A DNA stretch of 64,000 nt, from positions 21,266,001 to 21,330,000 of the forward strand of contig NC_086119.1 in assembly GCF_963921235.1 (NCBI RefSeq), in the 5' to 3' direction. Every line of letters starts with the position of its first letter. The stretch's first letter is position 1. A model generated the notes under the pieces. That model was not told where the DNA came from and did no database searches. It worked only from the letters and a program-made list of their open reading frames with translations. The position numbers and the translations under genes are program-made. The stretch is from Mobula hypostoma (lineage: Eukaryota). Positions 12,661 to 24,235 of this stretch are shown here, piece after piece.

Positions 12661-14449
12661 CAATGACGAGGTGGCTTGGGAGACTAGTCTCCAACTTGCA
12701 GATACCAGTAAGCAAGGGTTACGATCTGCACTTTGAAAATGAACACTACAGAAAATAGCAGTGCAGTGGCACATATACCACTTTCTGCCACTGTGAGACA
12801 GTACAACACAGGGTGAAGGCAAGACAAAAACCTGAAAAATGACAAGGTTCAAGGTGAATCTAGTGATGTACTGGTACCAAAGGAGATGGAATTTTTAGGG
12901 CTGGTCTGCCAGTGAGGATCAGGAAGTTGTGACAAGAAAGACGCCAAAGCATTTGTATGGAACATTTTCCTTGACAGTAGGGCAGAAGCCTGGTAGAGAC
13001 TTCCACCTTTTCTTTATTACAGTCCACATTTGACTAAGAGAATGGAAAGATCTTACAGTTGCGAATGGGAATGTGACATCTCTGCACATGTGGATTTTGG
13101 AGTGAGCTTGGACATTTTACTGAAGTTTATATCCCAGTGACATAGAGGCATTCTAAAAGGGTCAAAGATTCACAGTATGGACTGTCTGAGTGACAGACAA
13201 TAAAGGTTGTGCACATATATACTTTAGTACAGGTCAACAACTGAAACTGCAATTACCACACTATGATCACAGAATACCAGGATAAAGGCCATTGTTCACA
13301 GGAACACTTACAACAGGAGATAGAGTAGCAGATGGCAAAGCAAAGTAACATATTGGTCAGATCACTGGAACAATGCGAGGTGTTCAGAGCTAATGAAATT
13401 CATTATGGAATTGCCGTATTAGAGGTATCAGTTTAATAGTGACTTAGCAATTTCAGATCAAAGGGACCATTCATAAACCTCAAAAGCAAAATTCACAGGA
13501 AAAGTCCATTGTCTGAGCTGCACGAAACAGTTTATGGAAGCTTCAGAAAAGCAACTGTAACACCACAAACAAGGCGAGAAACTACAGGCTTAATCAAAGG
13601 AGATGAGAAGCAAGGAACAACACTTTCAAAACGCTAGTAGAACTCCCCAGGCCGGGCAGCATTCTTGGGTGGGGAGGTGGAAATCAACATTTCAGGCAGA
13701 GATCCCTAATCTGGACCAGCATCTGTAGTGTCTCTTGTGAAATAAGGTGTGTAGGTGGCTCACACGGAGAAGAGATCTGCTGGAATTATTAATGCCTGTA
13801 ACTGATGCTTCAGAAAGGACAGATGAAGTCTGCAGTAAAGGGTTCTGTGAAAGAGACTATGGTGTTTAGTAAGTTGATAATAAAAATAATTTATCAATGA
13901 AGATGAACATAATGAATAGACTTTCCATTATGCAAATAATTCTGTGGGTTAATTTCATTCTTGCTTGAAGCGGGATGCAATATTGAGAAGTGTATACATG
14001 TAGGGTATCTTAATGAACTGGCTTGTATCATTTGGTAGCACTTTGAAACTGTGTTGCACTGCTGCTTTGTTGAGAATTACTGCCTTCAATGTGTAAAAAA
14101 GTGCTCTATTGTAACTCAGCCTCTTCTTAATGGTTCATGCTTGCAACAGAAAACGCACAGACAGTACTCCTACAAACCTCAAACTGGACAGCATCTCATT
14201 CAAGCTACCACAGACTGCTTGTCTAGACAAAAGAAAAATAATAAAAGCTGATAGTTCATTTAAGTACACTCTCTGTCACTTCACTGATTCAAACCTTTAC
14301 CTTCATTTGTTATCTAAAGACCAATTAACAGAAATACTGTAAACTTTGCACGAACAATGCTCAGTCATTACTTAAAATCAAATAAACCTTAAGGTCTTAA
14401 GGAATTAGGTCAAAAGTGATCAATGGAATCAGTTGCCTGTAACTTTCTT

Positions 14450-15280
14450 TCTGGAATCAAGCCTTTGAACCACCTGTATGACCTGGGATTTTTGCGGTGT
14501 GAACTGAAATCTCGAAGGAGCAAGACGGTTGTGACAAGGCACGTATAGGCCGAACCAAGGCAGTGGTGAGGCCTGGGCCTGGGCTTAGGCTCGAGAGTGG
14601 GAAGCAAGCCAATGTTTGGCTGCTGGAGAGGACTTTGAGGTGGTTCGGAGAGGCAGGACGGAGGCAAAGCGGAGTCGAGGTGGCAGGGACCAGGGCCCAA
14701 GAATGAGGAAAAATCAGAGTTTGAACACTTTGAGCACTAGGCTGAATTAGAAAGGTAAGGTATGGGCCAATTCGAGGCAGCGGGGTCCTGGGCCTGAGAA
14801 CATATCAGAGCGGCAGGGGCCCAGTCCAAGAGTGAGGATCGACCTGCTGTTTGGCCAATTTAAGTGCCAGGCTAGTCAGGGTTTTGGGGCAGGGCCAGTG
14901 GGATGGGCCAGTGTTCAGCTATAACAAAAAGAAGTTATTTTCTTACTTATATTTTTTGCACAATTTGTTTTGTCTGTACATTGGGTGCCTGATGGCCTTT
15001 TTAAAAAGTGAGTTCTTTTGGGGTTCTTTATTTTCTGACTGTGTGTAAGGGGACAAATCTCAAGGGTGTATACAGTATACATTGTTTTTCCTTTCCACAC
15101 CTTGCCATTTCTTTAGCATTTGTCCGTGTTTTTTTTTACAGGGGTGAGCTGCTAGCTCGACACAGCAAGGAGCCGGCCGGATTCGAACCCTGGACCACTC
15201 ACCTCGAAGTCCGGTGCGGATGCCACTACACCACTGGTCGGCATATAGTATACAATTCCTTGTTAACAAATGTACTTTGA
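14450..15280 (+). repeat. Unclassified GC-rich interspersed repeat with internal degenerate repeats and a LINE-type tail
   Basis: Repeated gaggcagcgggg/ggcagggac..ccaaga units; tail aatctcaagggtgtata...tgtactttga resembles 25440-25500 and 35840-35895. Confidence 0.45.
15082..15242 (-). mobile_element. Short tRNA-derived SINE
   Basis: On the minus strand: A box TGGTGTAGTGG, B box GTTCGAATCC. TSD ATACAGTATACA (15070-15081) / ATATAGTATACA (15243-15254). Same family as 40425-40611. Confidence 0.85.
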
Positions 15281-15393
15281 AATAGCATTGCGGCTGGACT
15301 TACTTCTCCCAGGCCATCAGGCAGATCAACTCTTCCACCCATTAACCCACTCCGCCACCACTACATCCACATCACCTAGCGTATATACAGTCA

Positions 15394-16307
15394 AGGCCAA
15401 TTTATACTTCTGCGTCAAATCTACGCCGTAGGTACGGCGTTGTTGCGTACCCTACACCGTAGCCTGACGCACACCTCCCCAAAAGCATAACTACGCATTG
15501 CGGCGACGCAGACTGCAACAATTGTGATTGGTCCGCTTGGTAGCATCACATTTCCTCCTACACTGCAATAGCTTCCCATTGGGCTACTGAAGGGCAGGGA
15601 AGGAGCTCTGGCTGCAATGCTTTCCATGAAGCTTTACAGACTCCGAAATTATGGAGGACCCTGTGCTTGACGCCAAGTAGTTAGGGCGTTGGGCTCGCGA
15701 TCTGAAGGTCGTGGGTTCAAGTCTCGGCCAAGGCAGCGTGTTGTGTCTTTGAGCAAGGCACTTAACCACACACTGCTCCAGTCCACCCAGCTGAAAATGG
15801 GTACCGGCAAATGCTGGGGGTTAACCTCGCGATAGACTGGCATCCTATCCGGAAGTCTCATACTCTCAGTCGCCGCACGCCACAGAAACCGGCGTGAGCA
15901 CCGGCCTGATGGGCCACAAGGCTCGGGACAGATTTTAACTTTGACTGTGCTTGATGCCAGTTTGTAGCCAGCCTCTACAGCCTGTTGACTTCCACCTGAA
16001 GCTAAAACTCGAACGGTGATTGCCGGTCTCCGAGTACACTGTGCATACACTGATGCGAAATAAATGGTTGGAGATGATGAACCAAATTGTCAAATCTACC
16101 TGCTGACATCCGAAAATATTTGAAGTGCATTTCGTCGTCCATGTCTCTCAGTGGCTGGACAAGCACAGAAAATTCACCCTCCTTCAGTTTCAGTCACCAT
16201 TGTTTGAAGTTTGAGTTTCTTCATGTTGAGTTTCAATGCACAAGTATAAATGGTCACAACCGCGTAGGCTACAGCATAGGCTACTACGCAGAAGTATAAA
16301 TCAGCCT
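15394..16307. mobile_element. Non-autonomous DNA transposon (PIF/Harbinger-like MITE)
   Basis: 22-bp TIRs AGGCCAATTTATACTTCTGCGT / ACGCAGAAGTATAAATCAGCCT (20/22), with subterminal TACG/CGTA repeats. TSD not cleanly resolved, so the superfamily is tentative. Confidence 0.75.
15676..15944 (+). mobile_element. tRNA-derived SINE nested in the MITE
   Basis: B box GGTTCAAGTC; 15-bp TSD CTGTGCTTGA(C/T)GCCA at 15661-15675 and 15945-15959. Confidence 0.9.
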
Positions 16308-17488
16308 GAAGTCTACGTATATAATAGTTACTTGTACATTGTGCTTTACGGGGTTGCTTTTATATTTAATGGTATTTTATTGTGTTCTTTATGCTTTTTG
16401 TGTCTTTTTTATGCTGTATTGGATGCAGTGTAGCAATCATTTTGTTCTCCTTAGCGCTTGCGTACTGAAGAGTGACTATAAACAATCTTGAATCTATGCT
16501 GGTATTTGTGAACAAAACTATTGATCCTCCGTTGACTGTTTTAAGATTACTGTACAAACAAAAGATTACAGATTCCTGTGTTAACTCTTCTGGTGTTCAT
16601 GCATTGTAAAGGTGCTTTGGAGTCAATATTCCTAATAGCATATCAGATATTCCCTTGCGGTTCTCTGAAGCTCAAACAAAGATGCAGTTACCTGCTCATT
16701 TTCCCAACCCTAGAAACCTGTGCCCATTTAAACACTAAAGGCAGGTCACCATTGTTAATAGGACCCATTACAATGCACTGAGATCTCATTATAATGAGGC
16801 TCTTGAGATACAAGTACTTTATATTACACGGCAAGGAACCGTTGACAAATTGCAAATTTAAAATGTTTTGAAGTGAACCATTCAATATTCTGATAACGTT
16901 CTGGGTGTGGGGGCCAAGGACTTACAACAAATCTTTTAAACTGTGTGGCACGTCAATGTCTGCATCTGCCCATGTAACAGCAGTGCAGGAAATTTGGTGC
17001 ATGTTATTGACAGCAGTCAACGACGATCCTTTGATTTGTATTAATATATGAAAAGGCAGTTTGATTGGCGTGGGCTTAACGGAGACAGAAACTGACAAGA
17101 TATTCAATAAAAGTGACACTGATGTAGGATTTGATTTTTATTGTAAACAGAGTAGCTGCTTAAGCAAGATACACAAACCAAGTAAAGAGAACCATTCATC
17201 ATTTTCCTCGATCTAATCCATCATTGAGTTAAGAGTGGCGACATCAATCAGGAACACGGATGATATTATAAGAGTCCCAGTGGTTTATAATACGATGTTG
17301 CCTCATGACTCCACAAACATCGTTACAATTTTATGTGATCTATTAAAAGTCTCTGACAAGTGTACAGCACTTGCAGCTGAGAAAGCATCCTTCTTATCCA
17401 TCTCCGGATTCCAATATACAAGGCCAACAAGCTCTTGCCATGAACAGTATTTCGTTAGCTCCATGCAGATAGATTTTTACTTTTTAAA

Positions 17489-18098
17489 TACACCCAGTGA
17501 CCACTTTGCCCTACCTAATAAAATGATGACTGAATGCACTTTTGTAGTCTTCTACCACTTTAGCACTCGCACTTCAAGGTTCAATGAGTTGAAAGTTCAG
17601 AGATGCTCTCCTGCAATGCCACTATTGTAACATGTGGTTCTTTGAGTTACTGTTCTCTTCCTGTCAGCTTGAACCAACCTGGCCATTCTCCTCTGACCTC
17701 CCTCATTAACAAGTCATTTTTGCCCACAGAACTGCCACTCCCTGGATTTTTTCCCCACACCATTCTCTGTAAACTGTTGTACATGAAACTCCCAGGAGAT
17801 CAGCAGTTTGTGAGATAGTCGCACCACCCCATCTGGCACCCATGGAAAAGTCACTTAGATCTCATTTCTTCCCCATTCTGATGTTTGAAACAACTGAACC
17901 TCTTGAGTTGCTGCACATTATTAGTTGATTAGACAATAGACAATAGGCAATAGGTGCAGGAGTAGGCCATTTGGCCCTTCAAGCCAGCACCGCTATTCAC
18001 TGTGATCATGGCTGATCATCCACAGTCAGTACCCAGTTCCTGCCTTATCCCCATAGGTATTTGCATGGACGAGCAGGTGTACAGGTGTACCTAATAAT
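17489..18098 (-). mobile_element. Tc1-derived non-autonomous element, with a CR1 3' tail nested at ~17932-18055
   Basis: Antisense homologue of 52757-53283; degenerate CACTCAGTGGCCACTTT end. Confidence 0.8.
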
Positions 18099-18267
18099 GC
18101 ACATACAAGGCCAACAACTCCTAATGGAAGACAGTAACAGATCAGCTGACATGAATAGAATTTGGTTAGTTCCATGTAGACAAACATTGACTTCTTAAAT
18201 GTATTTAATTCTTTGATCATCATTCTGGGATTGTCAGAAGATGTGCTGACATATATTGAAAGATTAA

Positions 18268-18580
18268 AGATAAAGATTATCTTTATTTGTCATGTGTACA
18301 TTGAAACATCAAGATATACAGTGAAATGATGTGTCATTTTGCATCAACAATCAACACAGTCCAAGAATTGTGCTGGGAGCAGCTCGTAAGTGTCGTCAAC
18401 ACAGCATGATGACAACTCACTAACCCTAGCCCATATATCTTTGGAATGTGGGAGGAAAACGAAGCACTGGAGGAAACTCTTTCAGTCACAGGGAGAACAT
18501 GCAAACTCCTTACAGACGGCAATGAGAATCAAACCCCAATCAATGATCGCTGACGGTGCAACACAATTGCACTATCATTA
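18268..18580 (-). mobile_element. V-SINE with Rex-type tail
   Basis: tctttggaatgtgggaggaaa...gggagaacatgcaaactccttacagac. Confidence 0.75.
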
Positions 18581-18759
18581 TGCTCTCTGGATATTGCTCT
18601 CCGGCTAAGAAACAAGGACACTACCGAAGGATTCTTGGGTTCGAGAAGGGAGAGTTATTTTTCCTGTGATGCCAGTTATGGTTATATTGCTTTTTGGCAC
18701 CCACCTGGTTAAACAGAAGTCAGCAGGAATAGGAAATATAGGAAAACTTCCCACAGGCT

Positions 18760-19915
18760 TGAATCGTACTTCTGCTCTGCTCACTGATGTTCAATCATCC
18801 CAACTGGGGCATTGCTGCAGAGGTTGAGCTAGGCCCCACTACAATCAAATACTTCATCTCTGACCCTCCTTCCATCATTAGGATGAAAGAGCAGATGTTT
18901 CCCAATGATTGCACAATGTTAAGTTCCATTTATAATTTTTTTTAAAGAAAATGAAGCAGACCACTTCAGCTTACAACAAGGCTAGACAATGTCCAGGTAC
19001 GGGCCAATCAGTATCAAGTAATACTCATGCGAAGCAAGTCCCAGCTATGGCCATTTGCCACAGGAGAAAGTTTAACCACCCATCCTTAATGTTCAATAGC
19101 ATTGCCATTGCTGAGCTCACCCACCATTGGTATTCTGGGAGTCACCCTTGACCTTTGACATCAACTCAGGAAGAGTGACAAGTATAAGGTAGCCAGGATA
19201 TCTGGTATTGATCGATTATTACCTGATATCCCCCAAGGCCCCCACATATGGCACAGATTAGGAGCACAAGGAAATACCCTCTACTTATAAACACAAGAAT
19301 GTCTGCAGATGATGGAAGTCCAAAGCAACACACATAAAATGCTGGAGGAACTCAGCAAGCCAGATAGCATCTATAGAAATGAATAGATAGTTAACATTTC
19401 GGGCCAAAATCCTTTTTCAGGATTGAGAAGGAGGAAGATGCCAAAATAAAAAGCTCAACACCATTCAGAGTAAAGCAGCAAATTCAACTGAATACATTAC
19501 TCACAGTTCAAAGTAAATTTATTATCAAATTATGTTCATGTCACCATATACAACCTTGAGATTTATGTTCTTAAATATTCTCAGAATATTCACTTCCTCT
19601 TCACCCCAGAGTACAACCTTCACAGCAAATACCATTTAAAAATGCTCTGGAGTTATTCATCAAGATATTTAGTAGCTCCCAAACCAATGTCCTCAGTCAC
19701 CAACAAGGACAGCAGGCACATGGGGAAGATATTTCAAAGCTGCCTTCAAGTCACAAACCATATTTCAACTTTCTTTGTCACCAATGCCTTATATCTCCCT
19801 TGCCCAGGAACACAAGGAAAGCACTTTCACAAGACTGACCACAGTGGTTCAAGAAGGCCTTCAGCTCAAACAATTGTGGGCAATGAATGCTGGCCTTGAC
19901 TTCAACATTATCACC
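18760..19915 (+). mobile_element. Ancient CR1/L2-type LINE RT relic (interrupted)
   Basis: Degenerate translation G..Q...LGP....FI.DPPSII....MFPNDCTM...QQ.LDNVQ; homologous to 50690-51310. Confidence 0.55.
19289..19452 (-). mobile_element. Penelope-like pseudo-LTR 3' fragment
   Basis: aacacaagaatgtctgcagatgatgg...gctggaggaactcagc...tttcgggcc. Confidence 0.8.
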
Positions 19916-22129
19916 TGCCAAATAAATAACGTTTGCCAAACCCACACGCTGGAATTACAGAGAAAATAAAGGGACAGGACAAACCGCAAAGAATTTACAA
20001 ACCCTGAGTTCATTCCTCACACCAGCCTCTGGTAAATCCATCAGAGTTAGTTAAAACTAAGAACATCACCTCCCAATAATTCCCAATCAACATACAAGTG
20101 TCTGGAATACTCAGTGAAGAGTGGAGGCAGATTCATTTGAAATAGTCTGTGGAACAATGGGGAAGGAACAAAGGAGTGAGTCTGCCTCAACTGATTTTAC
20201 AGTAAACTAGTGTTAAGGAGCCAGATGGTCTCTTGTATGTCAGTTCAATCCTTACAACAAAAGTGTACGAACAGACTGCAGATTCTGTCCAACAATATCC
20301 ATCATGATACATACTTCTTCTTTTCAAATGAACTGTTGGAATCGGTTACTAAAAATAGACAAGAACCCCAAATATTTCATAGAATCCATGAAGTCAAATC
20401 AGAATTCTAATAGAAGGCTAAGCTGAAGCTGACGGGAAGTGACAAGGACCAAGCTGTTGGGACATGCATCCTCTTCAGGACAAATGTGAGGTCAGGAATC
20501 ACAGCTTCCATATCACCAACTGATCTGTGGTCCTCTGACCTCCTAGAGACTGAAGGTAAAAGAGTATGATTAGGCTCAGGAGATGAGGCCTGAGAAACTT
20601 CACTAAGTGGCCTGCATGCAGGGAAATGATGGACATTTGGACTTTCTGGACAAGATGGCATCGGACTGAAGTCGGGGCTGTTAGCTCTTTGCCAGGTTTT
20701 CTTTCTCCTTCATTTTCTCTGTAATTCCAGCGTGTGGGTTTTACAAACATTATTTATTTGGTGGATAATAATGTTGAAAACAAGGCCAGCATTCATTACC
20801 CACACTTGTTAGAGTCGATGGTGAGAAACCTTCTTGAACCACTGCAGTCTGTCATGATGCAAATGATCAGATCAAAATTTTTAAAAATCAAAAAGAAACT
20901 AATTCAAGGCACGCGGATGAAAGTAAACTGAAGGGCTATGTCAGAGGGGAGGGTTAGATTGATCTTGGGGTAGGTTAAAAGGTCGGCACAACATCGTAGG
21001 CTGAATGGCCTGTAATGTGCTGTGATGTCCTATATTCCAGCTTCGAGCAATCACTCTCCCAGCACGACTTAACCCTTTTCCATGCAGACCCCACAATCAC
21101 TGGCAGATTCAACACTGCAAGGCTACATGATAGAGAGAATTGAATGTAATCATGGTGATTGCAACCCTGAGTAAATTGCAGGGCAAGCCCTTCAGAAGGA
21201 ATTCTCTGAGGGTAGGTTATCTGCTCTCAGCTCCTGCTTTCAAACTAGGTCCAGGACCTGGCCCACAATACTCTAAGGAATCAAGGGCAGACTCCAGCTC
21301 CTGGGCTAATGTGTTGCCCAATTCTTCCACCCTTTTTTGACTATCACATTCTATGTAGATGCATGTCTTCCTTTTCCTTGAAGTCCACCTATAATGAGGT
21401 GGCATGATAGGACCAACAACGAAATATGCTAACTACGTTACTGAGCAACCAATTAACATGGAGCTCTTTTTATCTTAAAATAAGTTATGAGAATTGCAGA
21501 ATTAATCATGTATGAAGTATAAGGTCTCCTAATCTGAGAAACCCAGGCTTTGAAGTAATGACTATATTTTGATTTATGAAGTCATTTATTTTTGTCAGAT
21601 CAGCTTGCACAGCAACTGGACTAATCCAGATAACATTTATGAAACCTAGCTCGGCAAGGCAACGGGACCGTAAACAGAGTGCTGGGAGAATTTCTGCATG
21701 GTGTCCCATATTGTGGATTGCACTAAAGTCAAGGACGTGCCTTCTGGAACACGGGCACCACCGGCTATTTGGCATCAACAACAATTCTCGACAAAGCCGC
21801 ATTAGCCTTGCAATACGCCACTAGAATCCATGAGTCTTAACTTGTAGGATATCAGTATTACAACTGGTTCTTAGGCACCAACTTACATACCATTGCCGTG
21901 GGTGTTTTGTAATCTTTTATAGTAGATTCAGTAAGTGGCCCATTAATTTCATGTTGGCTAGTTGCAATAATTCCATACAATTGCAAAAACAATAGCTGGA
22001 TTATTCGGCAGGGAGTGGGGAAGGGGAGAGGAAGTGGAAGAGAGAGAATGAGAAGACAGCTAGGACAAGGAGAAGAGGAAGGGAGAGGAGGGAGATATAA
22101 ATACAAGGACAGCAGGAATGTGCAGTATT

Positions 22130-22535
22130 TTAATATGGGCAAGAAGCAAAGGCACCAATTATAGTGACTGATTATGCAGACCAACCAACTCTGCTAGAAA
22201 AGTGACTGGCTAAAAGAGTTAAGTATAGAGCTGAAGGATATACTTGTGAATACATCATCACTGCACTTAAAGGTGACTCTGTAACAATATGAGGAAATGT
22301 TTGAGAAGTTGTTAACTGGTATTAAAAGACATCAACCTCAAATATACTTCAAACCAAATGCTAAAATGGTCTTTTGTAAAGTTAGACTCAACTGAATCCA
22401 ACCGCACCCCCCAAAAAACTCAAGTAGAAGTGTAAATCACGGGGAGTTAGGTTGGGTGCTAGTGGAAGTGTCACAAAGTGACAGGGTGACACACATTGTG
22501 GTGATATCTAGGGCAGATTAGGTTATCTGGCAGGT
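22130..22535 (+). mobile_element. Gypsy LTR-retrotransposon pol relic (protease end to RT start)
   Basis: Broken translation AKAPIIVTDYADQPTLL..DWLKEL...QYEEMFEKLLTGIKRHQPQIYFKPNAKMVFCKVR...EVSQSDRVTHIVV follows the Gypsy pattern LLGRDWL...PVFCKARPVP...S.WATPIVVV. Confidence 0.65.
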
Positions 22536-22721
22536 TGGAGATAAGATGGGACATCAGGAACAATTATGGAACTAAGAAAAAATTGGTGGGATGCTCTACA
22601 GAGTTAACATAGAGCACACTTCCTGGGAGAACAGTAAAGGTGGCAAGATCTACAAATGTTCCTGAAGTGAATCACAGAACTGGAACCTTACTTCTGCCAA
22701 GGGTCAAGAGTGAAGATAAGT

Positions 22722-22975
22722 AGGCAGTACAGTAGTGTAGTAGTTAGTATAATGCCATTAGAGTGTCCGCGACCCAGGTTCAATTTTGCCGTTGTCTGTA
22801 AGAAGTTGATACATTTTGCTCGTGACCACGTGGGTTTCCTCCAGGCACTCCAATTTCCACTCATGGACCAGATTCCAGTTTCAAAGAGTTAGTAGGTTAA
22901 TTGGTATAATTTGGGCAGAGTAGGCTGGAAGGGCCTGGAACCATTCCATATCACTAAATAAAATAAATAAATAAA
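22722..22975 (+). mobile_element. V-SINE (HE1-like) with (TAAA)n tail
   Basis: A/B box remnants; gtgaccacgtgggtttcctccagg V-domain. Confidence 0.8.
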
Positions 22976-22996
22976 AACTATATTCTTGAGTCCAAA

Positions 22997-23253
22997 CAGC
23001 ACACATCAAAGTTGCTGGTAAATGCAGCAGGCCAGGCAGCATCTATTGGAAGAGTTTCAGTCGATGTTTCAGGCCCTCTCACTTTCAAATCTCTTACTAA
23101 CTCTTCCTTCAGTTAGTCCTGACAAAGGGTCTCGGCCTGAAACGTCGACTGAAACTCTTCCAATAGATGCTGCCTGGCCTGCTGCGTTTACCAGCAACTT
23201 TAATGTGTGTTGCTTGAATTTCCAGCATCTGCAGAATTCCTGTTGTTACGTTT
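22997..23253. mobile_element. Palindromic two-armed Penelope-like insertion
   Basis: About 78-bp inverted arms; HHR motif at 23114-23151 (core CTGACAA, mutated). Exact 14-bp TSD TTCTTGAGTCCAAA at 22983-22996 and 23254-23267. Confidence 0.92.
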
Positions 23254-23944
23254 TTCTTGAGTCCAAAGATGGATAACACTCGTTCAACAAGGATCACTGT
23301 AAAAACAGTTGACTTGGTAACTTTGTAAAGAAACTGTATCTCTACCATGGCGACAGATGTACTGCATCAAGTCTCCAGCCCTTCTTCATCAGCGTCTCCC
23401 AAATCTGAGCAGGGAAAAGTGATTCATAGGAACATGACCATCTTGAAGTTCCCTCATATTAACAAACAATCCTAACTTGGATATATTCACCAAATCTTTA
23501 CCATTATTGGGACTAAACCCCAGATCTCCTTCCTCATAATCTACTCTTTGTTCCCACATGAACTTTAGCCACTGTAGAAGACAGCTCATTCCCACTTTCT
23601 CAAGAACAAACTAGGAAAGTACAATAAATACTTCATCTCATAAATGAAAGTTACAAAGTACACAGCAAGTATTCAAAATGGCAGAGTGCACATGTTGGTC
23701 CACCACTGACAAGAACATGCTGTAGTTCAGCATCACAAAGAAAGACCAGAATAGACTTTATCTCATAAAAGTTGATAAAAGCTGTGAGGAATAAAGGACA
23801 CAAATACAAAATTAATTTGGAAACTTGTGGAAGAATTTTAAAAAGCAGAAAATGCTAGAAATACGCAGCAAGTTGGACAAAGATGGAGAGAAGCAGTGCT
23901 AGTTCAAGACCTTTCTTGATGAAGAGAAATATGTAGAATCACAG

Positions 23945-24235
23945 AGACACGTAGCACAGAACTAGGCCCTTCAGCCCATTGAGTCTGTGCTGACCATTAA
24001 GCACTAATCCAGCTTCACTCTCTACACAACCCTTTCAACTCCCCTCCCAAATTTGCCCCAGTCACCTACAAACTAAGAGCAACTTACAAGAGTTAATTAT
24101 GAACCAGCATGTCTTTGGAATGTGAGAGGAAACTGGATCACCCGGAAGAAACTCGCATGGTCACAAGGAAAACATGCAACTGGAGATGAGAGGTGAACTT
24201 GGATCTCTGGAGTCATGTGGCAGTAGCTTCACAAT
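23945..24235 (-). mobile_element. V-SINE
   Basis: atgtctttggaatgtgagaggaaactggatcacccggaagaaac. Confidence 0.7.

Noticed and set aside
12880-13520. Possible LTR-retrotransposon relic
   Set aside because: I could not recover any diagnostic motif by eye.
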